From positions 1 through 13,533 of the forward strand of contig JAVRLY010000009.1 in the NCBI GenBank assembly GCA_031960885.1: a DNA stretch of 13,533 nucleotides, given 5' to 3'. The position numbers and the translations under genes are program-made. Source of the stretch: Desulfurella sp. (GTDB taxonomy: Bacteria > Campylobacterota_A > Desulfurellia > Desulfurellales > Desulfurellaceae). The notes under the pieces were generated by a model, which was not told the DNA's origin, did not search any database, and saw only the letters and a list, made by a program, of their open reading frames with translations. Position 1 is the stretch's first letter. Each line of letters opens with the position of its first letter. This document shows, piece by piece, positions 1 to 8,277 of this stretch.

Positions 1-74
1 AAGAGATTGAAATAAATCCCAGAGCTAGAAGTGCAAAGTTAAGAAGCATAGAAAAAATTGGAGGTAGTTTATGA
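1..74 (+). CDS. rsmH: 16S rRNA m4C1402 methyltransferase RsmH (MraW), C-terminal fragment; gene starts upstream of the window
   Basis: Manual translation from nt 3 gives EIEINPRARSAKLRSIEKIGGSL*. NPRARSAKLR is the hallmark C-terminal RsmH motif. The stop TGA at 72-74 overlaps the ftsL ATG (ATGA). The position before ftsL is canonical. Not in the ORF track. Confidence 0.95.
   Translation, partial: EIEINPRARSAKLRSIEKIGGSL
60..64 (+). promoter_or_regulatory. Shine-Dalgarno site for ftsL
   Basis: GGAGG 6 nt upstream of ATG at 71. Confidence 0.75.
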
Positions 75-412
75 TTGATTATTCAAACTATTCAACAGCG
101 AGTATTAGAACTTTTGAAAACTCACAAGAGTCAATTACTTTTGCACCTATTTTATTTAATAGAAAATTGCTTGTTTTAAGTTTAATTTTTCTATTTTTTA
201 TTATACTAAATGTTGTTGTAGCGCTTCAAGTTTCAATATTAAATTACAATATAAACAATCAAGAAAAAATATTAAAAAATTTGCAAATTGAAAAAACCGC
301 ATTACTAAATAAATTAGATAGTCTACAAAGTGTAGATAAAGAACTACAAGAAGCAAGTAAACTAGGTTTAAAGCCTATTAATACTGATCAAATAAAGTTT
401 TACAGTGAATAA
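71..412 (+). CDS. ftsL: Cell division protein FtsL-like (113 aa)
   Basis: Short N-terminal region, a single TM helix (LLVLSLIFLFFIILNVVVAL), a heptad/coiled-coil segment, and C-terminal ASKLGLKP resembling the A..LGM..P motif. It lies between rsmH and ftsI. Confidence 0.8.
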   Translation: MIDYSNYSTASIRTFENSQESITFAPILFNRKLLVLSLIFLFFIILNVVVALQVSILNYNINNQEKILKNLQIEKTALLNKLDSLQSVDKELQEASKLGLKPINTDQIKFYSE

Positions 413-2075
413 AACCAGGTTTAAAGTTTTATTTTTTTTCATTATAGTTGGTTTCTTATTGGTTTTTTTTAAAGCGTTTTTGGTTCAAATTGCTGGTAGT
501 AAAAATTTTAAGCAAGAATATGTACAGTCTGTAGAGCCAATTGTAAATCTTCAAGGAAAAAGAGGCAATATTTATGATTGCGCAAATAAAACATTGGCAT
601 TAGATGTAGAGACATTTCAGTTATTTGTAGACCCAAAGTTTTATTTAGAATACAATAATAAATCAGATGATAGAAAATTTTTAGAGTACGTAGATTCGCA
701 TTTTAGAGTAAATATCAAAGATATTATTGAACAACATAAAGATATAAGATATATAAACCTCGGCGTAATTGACCCGAAAGATGTTAATTGGGTAAAAAAT
801 AATCTTCCTAAAGGTTTTGGGTTAATGAGAGATTATGTAAGATTTTATCCTTATTCAAATAATATATCTCAAATTTTGGGATTTTGCGGAAAAAATAAGC
901 AAGGACTTGAAGGTATAGAAAGAGAATATAACCTTTACCTTGAGCCCCAAAACACAAAACAAAACATACGCCTTAGTCCTTATGGAAATTTCGAATATTT
1001 TAAAAAACCTATAAATGGTGATAGTTTACATTTAACTGTAAACGAAGACATTCAAAATTACCTCCATTTTTTATTAAAACAAACACTTGAAGAAAGAAAG
1101 GCAAAGATGGTTATTGGTATAATTGCAAAACCAGATGGTGCAATTGTGGCGCTTGATAGTGTGCCAAGTTATGACAATAATAAATTTTACGATTACGATT
1201 ATAGCTACATTAGAAATAACCCTATAAATTATTTGTTTGAGCCCGGTAGTATTTTTAAAATCGTCACAATGTCAAGCGCATTGGATTCGCATATCTATAG
1301 TGGAAATGAAACGTTATTTTGCGAAAATGGCAAGTGGAAATTTTCTGGTCATACAATTTCAGATGTTGAACCAAATGGAGATTTGCAATTTGATAAAGTC
1401 TTTGCATACTCAAGCAATATATGTTCTGCTAAAATTGCACTTAAATTGGGAAAGGAAATTTTTTATAAATACTTGTGGGCTTTTGGCTTTGGGAAAAAAA
1501 CAGGGATTGATTTACCTGGAGAAACAACTGGACTTGTTAAAGACTTTGTGGAGTTAAAACCGTTTGATTTGGCTACTATGGCATTTGGTCAGGGAATTGG
1601 CGTAAGCGCAATTCAAATTGTAAGGGCTTATATTGCAATAGCAAATGGCGGATATTTAGTTAACCCTTATATTGTGGATTATATTAGCAAAGATGGTAAA
1701 GTTATCTTTAAGCACAAAGAAGATAAAAAACGCATTCTTCAAGAGCAAACTGTGGAGAAAGTACGGCAAATATTAAAGTTAGTTGTTGAAGAAGGCACAG
1801 GTGTAAATGCCAAAGTAAAATATTACGCAGTAGGAGGCAAAACGGGAACAGCCCAAGTTGCCTCTCATAAAGGTGGCTATAGCTTAAATGATTATACAGG
1901 AAGTTTTGTAGGCATATTTCCTATAAATAACCCCCAGTTTGTAATTTTGGTTACAGTTTTTGACCCAAAAGGTGTAAACTATGGTGGAGAGGTTGCAGCA
2001 CCAGTTGTTGCAAAATTGGTATCAATGCTTGCTGCTTATTACAAGATTGAAGGGAGTGATAATGTTATTAGGTGA
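405..2075 (+). CDS. ftsI: Class B penicillin-binding protein / septal transpeptidase FtsI (556 aa, GTG start)
   Basis: N-terminal TM anchor, KRGNIYD, RFYP and GLEGIE dimerisation-domain motifs. Transpeptidase motifs SxxK (EPGSIFK), SxN (YSSN) and KTG (GKTGTAQ). dcw position between ftsL and murE. No C-terminal PASTA region. Confidence 0.93.
   Translation: MNKTRFKVLFFFIIVGFLLVFFKAFLVQIAGSKNFKQEYVQSVEPIVNLQGKRGNIYDCANKTLALDVETFQLFVDPKFYLEYNNKSDDRKFLEYVDSHFRVNIKDIIEQHKDIRYINLGVIDPKDVNWVKNNLPKGFGLMRDYVRFYPYSNNISQILGFCGKNKQGLEGIEREYNLYLEPQNTKQNIRLSPYGNFEYFKKPINGDSLHLTVNEDIQNYLHFLLKQTLEERKAKMVIGIIAKPDGAIVALDSVPSYDNNKFYDYDYSYIRNNPINYLFEPGSIFKIVTMSSALDSHIYSGNETLFCENGKWKFSGHTISDVEPNGDLQFDKVFAYSSNICSAKIALKLGKEIFYKYLWAFGFGKKTGIDLPGETTGLVKDFVELKPFDLATMAFGQGIGVSAIQIVRAYIAIANGGYLVNPYIVDYISKDGKVIFKHKEDKKRILQEQTVEKVRQILKLVVEEGTGVNAKVKYYAVGGKTGTAQVASHKGGYSLNDYTGSFVGIFPINNPQFVILVTVFDPKGVNYGGEVAAPVVAKLVSMLAAYYKIEGSDNVIR
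2051..2056 (+). promoter_or_regulatory. Shine-Dalgarno site for murE
   Basis: AGGGAG 5 nt upstream of ATG at 2062. Confidence 0.65.
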
Positions 2076-3477
2076 AATTGAAAGACTGTGTAATTGTAGC
2101 GTGCCCATGCATTTAAAAAACAAAGAGATTAAAGGCTTAGCCTATGATTCAAGAAGAGTCCAAGAAGGTTATGTATTTTTTTCCATTAAAGGTCTAAAAA
2201 CCGATGGAAACTTATTTATTAATGAAGCTTTTTCAAGAAAAGCTATTGCTGTAATTACAGAACAATGCAACCAATTTTCAAATTGCATAGAAGTTAAAAA
2301 TATTCACAGATGTATGGGTATAATTGCAAATTATTTTTATAAAGAGCCATCAAAATCTCTTAGTATAGTAGGCGTTACTGGCACAAATGGCAAGACTACA
2401 ACAACGTATCTGTTGAATGCAATCTTTGAAAAAAGCGGAGTGATTGGAACAACGGGATATTTTTTTAAAAACGTAAGGGAAAAACTTGTAAATACAACAC
2501 CAGAATCAATAGATTTGAACGAGATTTTTGTGAAAATGAAACCTTTTGTCAACTACGTATTTATGGAAGTTTCTTCTCACGCTATTACATTTGAACGCAT
2601 ATCTGGGATAGATTTTAAACTGAAAGTTTTTACAAATCTAAGCCAAGATCATTTAGATTTTTATAAAAGCATGGAAGACTACGCTAAAGCGAAAGCTTCT
2701 TTTTTTAAAGAAAACGATTATAGAGTGACGAATATAGATGACGATTTAGGAAAAAGCTTGGTCAAAAAGGACTACACCATTACATATGGCTTTAGCCCAA
2801 ATGCAGATATATATCCCGTTTATTATGCGTTTGATATCAACGGATTGCATGTTAGGTTTAATGTGTTTGGCGATATTTATGAAGTTCAATCTCACTTATT
2901 GGGCAAATACAACATATACAATATTATGGCTGCAATAGCGTGTAGCGTTTATTTTGGCAAACCAAAGCTAGCTGTATTGGAAGCGCTTTCAACATTTAAA
3001 AATGTACCAGGAAGACTAGAAAAATTTATAAAAGATGGCGTATGCGCAGTAGTAGATTATGCCCACACAGACGATGCAATGAGGAATGTGTTAGAAACAT
3101 TAAGACAGATTACAAAATCAAGGTTGATTGTAGTGTTTGGTGCTGGTGGAGATAGAGATAAAACTAAAAGACCCAAAATGGGAAAAGTGGCTAGTGATTT
3201 GGCAGATATAATTATTATTACAAATGATAACCCGCGAACAGAAGAGCCAGATTTGATAATATTAGATATTTTAAAAGGCATTGATGAAAGTAAAAAAATT
3301 TTGATTGAAAAAGATAGGAAATTAGCTATTATAAATGCGTTGGATATGGCTAGTTATGGCGATGTTGTGGCAATTTTAGGAAAAGGGCATGAAGATTATC
3401 AAATAATAGGCGATCAAATATATCATTTTGATGACAGAGAGGTTATAAGGGATTATTGGAATGTGGAAGCTACATGA
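2062..3477 (+). CDS. murE: UDP-N-acetylmuramoyl-L-Ala-D-Glu:meso-diaminopimelate ligase MurE (471 aa)
   Basis: YDSRRV, P-loop GVTGTNGKTTTT, TTPES, MEVSSHA, FTNLSQDHLDFY, PGRLE, VDYAHT, GAGGDRDKTKR, DNPR and GKGHEDYQ. Start reassigned from 1981 to ATG 2062 because it has an SD and gives only a 14-nt overlap with ftsI. Confidence 0.96.
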   Translation: MLLGEIERLCNCSVPMHLKNKEIKGLAYDSRRVQEGYVFFSIKGLKTDGNLFINEAFSRKAIAVITEQCNQFSNCIEVKNIHRCMGIIANYFYKEPSKSLSIVGVTGTNGKTTTTYLLNAIFEKSGVIGTTGYFFKNVREKLVNTTPESIDLNEIFVKMKPFVNYVFMEVSSHAITFERISGIDFKLKVFTNLSQDHLDFYKSMEDYAKAKASFFKENDYRVTNIDDDLGKSLVKKDYTITYGFSPNADIYPVYYAFDINGLHVRFNVFGDIYEVQSHLLGKYNIYNIMAAIACSVYFGKPKLAVLEALSTFKNVPGRLEKFIKDGVCAVVDYAHTDDAMRNVLETLRQITKSRLIVVFGAGGDRDKTKRPKMGKVASDLADIIIITNDNPRTEEPDLIILDILKGIDESKKILIEKDRKLAIINALDMASYGDVVAILGKGHEDYQIIGDQIYHFDDREVIRDYWNVEAT

Positions 3478-4780
3478 ATTAATTGAACTTTTGCAACCAA
3501 AACAAGTACTAAAACCAGATAAAGATACATTTAAAAATATCTCTATAGATTCACGAACAATTGAAAAAGAAGATGTATTTTTGGCATTTAAAGGAGAATT
3601 TAGAGATGGCCACGATTTTATAGATGAAGCATTTAAAAAGCAGTGTGCGTTTTGCATATGCGAAAAAGAAACTGATAAACCACACTTAATGGTTGAAGAT
3701 TCTAAAAATGCTCTAAAGAAGCTTGCAAGCTACAATAAATCAAAAAACAATGCGAAAGTAGTTTCAATTGTAGGCTCCGTTGGCAAAACAAGCACTAAAG
3801 AATTGTTAAAGTCATACTTTAACACTATTAATACGGGTATTTTTTTTACACAAGCTAATGAAAACAATTGGATTGGTGTTTGCAAAACATTACTTAGGGC
3901 ATCTAGCCAAACACAGTTTGGTATAGTCGAAGTAGGCACAAATCATATTGGAGAAATATCTGAAATTGGTCGTTTCTTAAATCCAGATTTTGTTATTTTT
4001 ACAGAAATTGGCACATCGCATTTGGGTAATTTTGGCTCAATTGAGTCTATTTTTGAAGAAAAAGTATCAATTGTAAGGTTTTTAGAAAATAGAAACAATA
4101 TAATATACAACAAAGATAATCCTCTGCTTAGGGGCTATTTTGAAAAAGTAGGCGTAAGTTATTCAAAAAATGATACAAGTGCTGATGTTTGCATATTGGA
4201 TTATAACAAAAGCGATGACTCATATATAATTAGTGTTAGAGCTTTTGGAGAGCTATTTAAACTTCACGTTCATTTTTGGCTCAATGTTTCAAATGTTTTA
4301 GCTGTAATAGCATTTCTTGGCTATCAAAAAATGCTTGATCAACATTATTTTCAAAAGGCTATAGATAGTACAATTTTACCACACTATAGAATGCAAGTTG
4401 AAAAGCTCAACAATACAAATTTTATTTTAGATTGTTACAATGCTAGTTTTGAATCAGTTAAGTTTGCCATAGATGAATTAAATACAAAACAAGGCAAAAA
4501 ACTTGCGATACTTGGAGATATATTGGAACTTGGAGAACACTCAGAGAGCATTCACAAACAAATTGGACAATATATCTCTAATTTTGAAATAGACTTAATT
4601 ACATACGGACAATTTGCAAAATACATTGCTTTTTTAAAAGAAAAAGCTATTTTTTTTAAAGATAAAAAAGCGTTATCTCAAACTTTAAAATCTATTTATT
4701 ACAATTATGACTGGATTTTGATTAAAGGCTCAAGAGGACTTAAAATGGAAGAAATATTCAATAATTTGAAAGAGGCTTAA
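3461..4780 (+). CDS. murF: UDP-N-acetylmuramoyl-tripeptide:D-Ala-D-Ala ligase MurF (439 aa)
   Basis: SIDSRT, FLAFKGE..DGHDF, P-loop GSVGKTSTKE, NENNWIG, EVGTNHIGEI, DCYNAS, LGDILELG and LIKGSRGLKME. Located between murE and mraY. Confidence 0.94.
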   Translation: MWKLHELIELLQPKQVLKPDKDTFKNISIDSRTIEKEDVFLAFKGEFRDGHDFIDEAFKKQCAFCICEKETDKPHLMVEDSKNALKKLASYNKSKNNAKVVSIVGSVGKTSTKELLKSYFNTINTGIFFTQANENNWIGVCKTLLRASSQTQFGIVEVGTNHIGEISEIGRFLNPDFVIFTEIGTSHLGNFGSIESIFEEKVSIVRFLENRNNIIYNKDNPLLRGYFEKVGVSYSKNDTSADVCILDYNKSDDSYIISVRAFGELFKLHVHFWLNVSNVLAVIAFLGYQKMLDQHYFQKAIDSTILPHYRMQVEKLNNTNFILDCYNASFESVKFAIDELNTKQGKKLAILGDILELGEHSESIHKQIGQYISNFEIDLITYGQFAKYIAFLKEKAIFFKDKKALSQTLKSIYYNYDWILIKGSRGLKMEEIFNNLKEA

Positions 4781-4781
4781 A

Positions 4782-5873
4782 GTGTTTTATTATTTATTCT
4801 ATAAACAATTAATAGCTTATGCCCATTTTTTTAATGTATTTTACTACATAACATTTAGGGCAATGGCGGCAGCGGCAACGGGATTTTTACTGTCCATGAT
4901 ATTTTCGCATTACTTTATACCATTTTTAAAAAAACAACAAATAGGTCAAACTATAAGGGAAGACGGTCCTAAACGACACTTACAAAAAGCCGGTACACCT
5001 ACAATAGGAGGTGTAATTATTTGGTTTGGATTTGTAATTAGTGTGTTATTATGGGCACGCTTAGATATAAATTGGGTATGGATTATCTTGTTTGCTGCAA
5101 TATCCTTTGCTTTTATAGGTTTTTTGGATGATTTTTTAAAAATTAAAAGAGGCAAAGGAAATGGTCTAAAAGCTAAAACAAAATTTTACCTTCAGATTTT
5201 TTTCGCAAGCATTGTATCTATTTTGATATATGTGGTATATAGTAGGTACTCAGACTGTCCTGGGTGTTTTTATATGCCATTTTTTAAAAACTTGGTTTTT
5301 AATATGGGTTTTTTTTACATACTATTTAGTATCTTTGTGGTGGTTGGCGCTTCAAATGCAGTTAATCTAACTGATGGACTAGATGGGTTAGCTACTGGAC
5401 CATCGCTAACCGTTATATTTACTTTAGCTATATTTGCCTATGTTTCTGGAAATCTAGTTTTAGCTAGCTATTTGAGGTTGCCTTATGTGTTTGGAAGCGG
5501 CGAAATAACTGTTATACTTTCTGCATTGTTTGGTTCATGTTTGGCATTTTTATGGTACAATTGTTATCCGGCTGAGGTTTTTATGGGAGATACAGGCTCA
5601 CTTGCGCTTGGTGCAATCTTTGGTGTTATTGCCATTATAATAAAAGAAGAAGTAGTGCTTGTTATTGCTGGTGGTATTTTTGTTATTGAGACTATTTCTG
5701 TTATATTGCAAGTGGCGAGTTTTAAAACAACAGGTGAGCGCATTTTTAAAATGGCTCCAATTCACCATCACTTTGAACTAAAAAATTGGCCAGAGTCAAA
5801 AGTGATTATAAGGTTTTGGATAATATCAATTTTGTTATCTTTGGTGGCGCTAACAGCGTTAAAGTTGAGGTAG
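4782..5873 (+). CDS. mraY: Phospho-N-acetylmuramoyl-pentapeptide transferase MraY (363 aa, GTG start)
   Basis: Multi-TM protein with IREDGP..H..KAGTPTIGG, GFLDDFLK, NAVNLTDGLDGLA, PAEVFMGDTGSLALG and MAPIHHHFE. GAGG SD at 4772-4775. Confidence 0.98.
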   Translation: MFYYLFYKQLIAYAHFFNVFYYITFRAMAAAATGFLLSMIFSHYFIPFLKKQQIGQTIREDGPKRHLQKAGTPTIGGVIIWFGFVISVLLWARLDINWVWIILFAAISFAFIGFLDDFLKIKRGKGNGLKAKTKFYLQIFFASIVSILIYVVYSRYSDCPGCFYMPFFKNLVFNMGFFYILFSIFVVVGASNAVNLTDGLDGLATGPSLTVIFTLAIFAYVSGNLVLASYLRLPYVFGSGEITVILSALFGSCLAFLWYNCYPAEVFMGDTGSLALGAIFGVIAIIIKEEVVLVIAGGIFVIETISVILQVASFKTTGERIFKMAPIHHHFELKNWPESKVIIRFWIISILLSLVALTALKLR

Positions 5874-5876
5874 AGT

Positions 5877-7187
5877 ATGAAAATTGCAATACTAGGTTTT
5901 GGCAAAAGTGGAAAAAGTGTGTATGAAGCACTTTTAGAAAAAAATCAAGATGAAATATTTGTATTTGATAATGGCAAATTACCCGATAATCCAAATTTTT
6001 TTGGTGAAGATAAATCTCAATGTTTTTTTGATATGCATTTTGATCTTATTGTAACATCACCAGGTGTTCCTAAGCATCATCCATTTATAAAGTACGCTCA
6101 AGAAAAAAATGTACCTATAATAAGCGAACTGGAATTTGGTTTTAGACTTGTAAAAAGCAAAGTCATTGCTGTAACCGGTACAAATGGAAAATCAACAACT
6201 GTAAAGCTTATTTACAAAATGCTTAAAAAAGCAGGCAAGAGAGTGCTTATGTGTGGTAATTACGGTTTGCCTTTAACAAAAGCTGCAAAAGTATCCAATT
6301 TGGTTGATTATTTAATAGTGGAGACAAGCAGTTTTCAATTGGAATTTATAGAGACATTTAAGCCTTTTATCGCCGTGATTTTAAATATTACACAAGATCA
6401 CATCAGTTGGCATGGGGATTTTGAAGAATATAAAAAGGCTAAATTAAACATAGCAAAAAACCTCACAAATAGTGATTTTTTAGTGCGTAATTTAGATGAA
6501 GACTATACAGTCGATGCAGATAATATAATTGGTTTTTCAGCCACAAAAGACAAAGCTCACGCTATAGTTACAAAAAATAACGTAATTATAAATTTTAAAA
6601 ATAGTTTTGAAATCAAAAATACAAAATTAATAGGTATGCACAATATGCAAAATATTGCTGCATCAAGCCTTGTTAGCCTAATATGTGGTGTGGATAAAAA
6701 TATCATTTTGGAGGTTGCTATGAACCAAGAGACATTACCCCATAGGTTAGAATACGTGTGTGAAATTGAGGGTGTAAAGTTTTACAATGATTCAAAAAGC
6801 ACTAATCTAGATTCGGTTAGAAAAGCAATAGAATCGTTTGAAAATAAGCAAGATATTGTTGTTATACTTGGCGGTAAACACAAAGGTGAATCATACTCTA
6901 ATTTGTTGGATTTACTAAAGCAATTGTCAGGTGTTGTGGTGTTTGGTGAAGATAAGGGAAAAATTTTATTTGAATTAAACAAACTAAAACCTATTCCTTT
7001 GCCCGCCAATAATGTAAAAGGCGCCGTTATTGCTGCATTCCATATAGCAAAACCTGGTGGTATAGTATTATTTAGCCCAGGTGGATCAAGCTACGATCAG
7101 TTTAAAAATTTTGAAGAAAGGGGGGAGGCATTTAAAAAAGAATGCTTAGCCTTTAAAGAAGAATATGACAAAGCACCGCGCCTTTGA
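5877..7187 (+). CDS. murD: UDP-N-acetylmuramoyl-L-alanine:D-glutamate ligase MurD (436 aa)
   Basis: GFGKSG, SPGVP, AVTGTNGKSTT, ETSSFQLE, LNITQDH, HRLE, NDSKSTN and FSPGGSSYDQFKNFEERG. GAGGT SD at 5867-5871. Confidence 0.97.
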   Translation: MKIAILGFGKSGKSVYEALLEKNQDEIFVFDNGKLPDNPNFFGEDKSQCFFDMHFDLIVTSPGVPKHHPFIKYAQEKNVPIISELEFGFRLVKSKVIAVTGTNGKSTTVKLIYKMLKKAGKRVLMCGNYGLPLTKAAKVSNLVDYLIVETSSFQLEFIETFKPFIAVILNITQDHISWHGDFEEYKKAKLNIAKNLTNSDFLVRNLDEDYTVDADNIIGFSATKDKAHAIVTKNNVIINFKNSFEIKNTKLIGMHNMQNIAASSLVSLICGVDKNIILEVAMNQETLPHRLEYVCEIEGVKFYNDSKSTNLDSVRKAIESFENKQDIVVILGGKHKGESYSNLLDLLKQLSGVVVFGEDKGKILFELNKLKPIPLPANNVKGAVIAAFHIAKPGGIVLFSPGGSSYDQFKNFEERGEAFKKECLAFKEEYDKAPRL

Positions 7188-8241
7188 GCCTGTAGTTATA
7201 ATTTTTTGTGCGATATTGCTAACTTTTATAGGTTTAGTGGAAGTGTGGAGTGCATCTAATTATTTTTTTTTCCAGCACTTCAATAACCCAAATTTTTTGC
7301 TAAAAAGAGATTTAATATATATTGTTGTATCTATTTTTGTTGCTTATTTTTTCTATAGGTTAAATATTGAAAAGCTAAGACAAACTATACCATTTTTGAT
7401 AAGTTTATCCATTGTTTTTTTAATAATGCTTCACTTAGGTTTTGGTGAAAATATTAGAGGCGCGCAAAGATGGATAAATTTTGGCCTTTTTTCATTTGAA
7501 CCAACTGAATTTGCCCGTTTTGCGTTTCTTTTGTATTTAGCCGATTTTATAGATAGAAAATATGAACATTTAAATAAATTGGATGTTATTTTACCATTTT
7601 TTTTACTTTTTTCCTTTGTTGCTTTGCTTATTATTTCTCAACCAGATATTGGAGGGGCATTTCTTTTTGGCACTGTAGTTTTTTTGGTCCTCTACGCTTT
7701 TGGTCTAAGAATGAAATATATTATCATAATCTTAATATTGGGTACCATACTTTTTTCATTTACGTTTTTGGCGCACCCAGAGCGTTTGCAAAGAGTATTG
7801 AGTTTTGTTGGAAATCACAGCTTGCCTTACCAGGTTCATCAAGGTTTCGTTGCCCTTGCTGGAGGCGGTTTTTTTGGTAGAGGTATTGGTAGTGGAAGCT
7901 TTAAAAGTCTGTTTTTGCCCGATGCATACAATGACTTTATTATCGCTTCAATTGGAGAAGATTTAGGGTTCTTAGGCGTATCGCTTGTAATTTTGTTACT
8001 TTTTATGTTTGTATATTCAATATTTTCTATAGCAAACAAAGTGGATAATTATTTTGAAAAAGCATTTATACTAGGTGTTGCTTTTGTCTTTTCTGTTCAA
8101 ATATTGATAAATTTGTCCAGCGTTTTCCACCTAATTCCTACAAAAGGTACAGTATTGCCTTTAGTTAGTTATGGTGGCTCTAGTCTTGTAGTTAATGCTA
8201 TGTTTATTGGTACTACGCTTAGCATTGCAAAGAAATTATAA
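7165..8241 (+). CDS. ftsW: SEDS-family peptidoglycan polymerase FtsW (358 aa)
   Basis: Multi-TM protein with GAQRWI, FEPTEF, QPDIG, GGFFGRGIG, LPDAYNDFI (catalytic Asp position retained) and PTKG..LPLVSYGGSS. Following murD supports FtsW rather than RodA. Confidence 0.92.
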   Translation: MTKHRAFEPVVIIFCAILLTFIGLVEVWSASNYFFFQHFNNPNFLLKRDLIYIVVSIFVAYFFYRLNIEKLRQTIPFLISLSIVFLIMLHLGFGENIRGAQRWINFGLFSFEPTEFARFAFLLYLADFIDRKYEHLNKLDVILPFFLLFSFVALLIISQPDIGGAFLFGTVVFLVLYAFGLRMKYIIIILILGTILFSFTFLAHPERLQRVLSFVGNHSLPYQVHQGFVALAGGGFFGRGIGSGSFKSLFLPDAYNDFIIASIGEDLGFLGVSLVILLLFMFVYSIFSIANKVDNYFEKAFILGVAFVFSVQILINLSSVFHLIPTKGTVLPLVSYGGSSLVVNAMFIGTTLSIAKKL

Positions 8242-8242
8242 T

Positions 8243-8270
8243 TTGCAAATATAAATTTTTACAGTAAAAT
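8243..8270 (+). promoter_or_regulatory. Putative sigma70-type internal promoter
   Basis: TTGCAA (8243-8248), a 16-nt spacer, then TAAAAT (8265-8270), in the only sizeable intergenic gap. A second perfect TATAAT sits at 8237-8242. The AT-rich background makes chance matches likely. Confidence 0.45.
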
Positions 8271-8277
8271 AATCGTT

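Noticed and set aside
1237..1557. 106-aa alternate-frame ORF inside ftsI
   Set aside because: It is fully nested in the conserved transpeptidase domain and has no recognisable motifs.
1981..2061. 27-residue N-terminal extension of MurE in the ORF track
   Set aside because: It overlaps the ftsI 3' end, and ATG 2062 has an SD and gives a typical MurE start. This is a longest-ORF artefact.
2062..3670. Cysteine clusters in the MurE and MurF N-terminal domains (LCNCS, QCNQFSNC, QCAFCIC)
   Set aside because: The spacing does not form a recognisable metal-binding motif pair, and cysteine is frequent throughout the proteins in this window.
7263..7271. Homopolymer runs (T9 here; T8 at 432-439, 463-470 and 3840-3847; A8 at 9063-9070) as phase-variation sites
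   Set aside because: A/T runs of this length are expected at this composition. They lie in essential genes whose frames are intact, and there are no long poly-G/C tracts.
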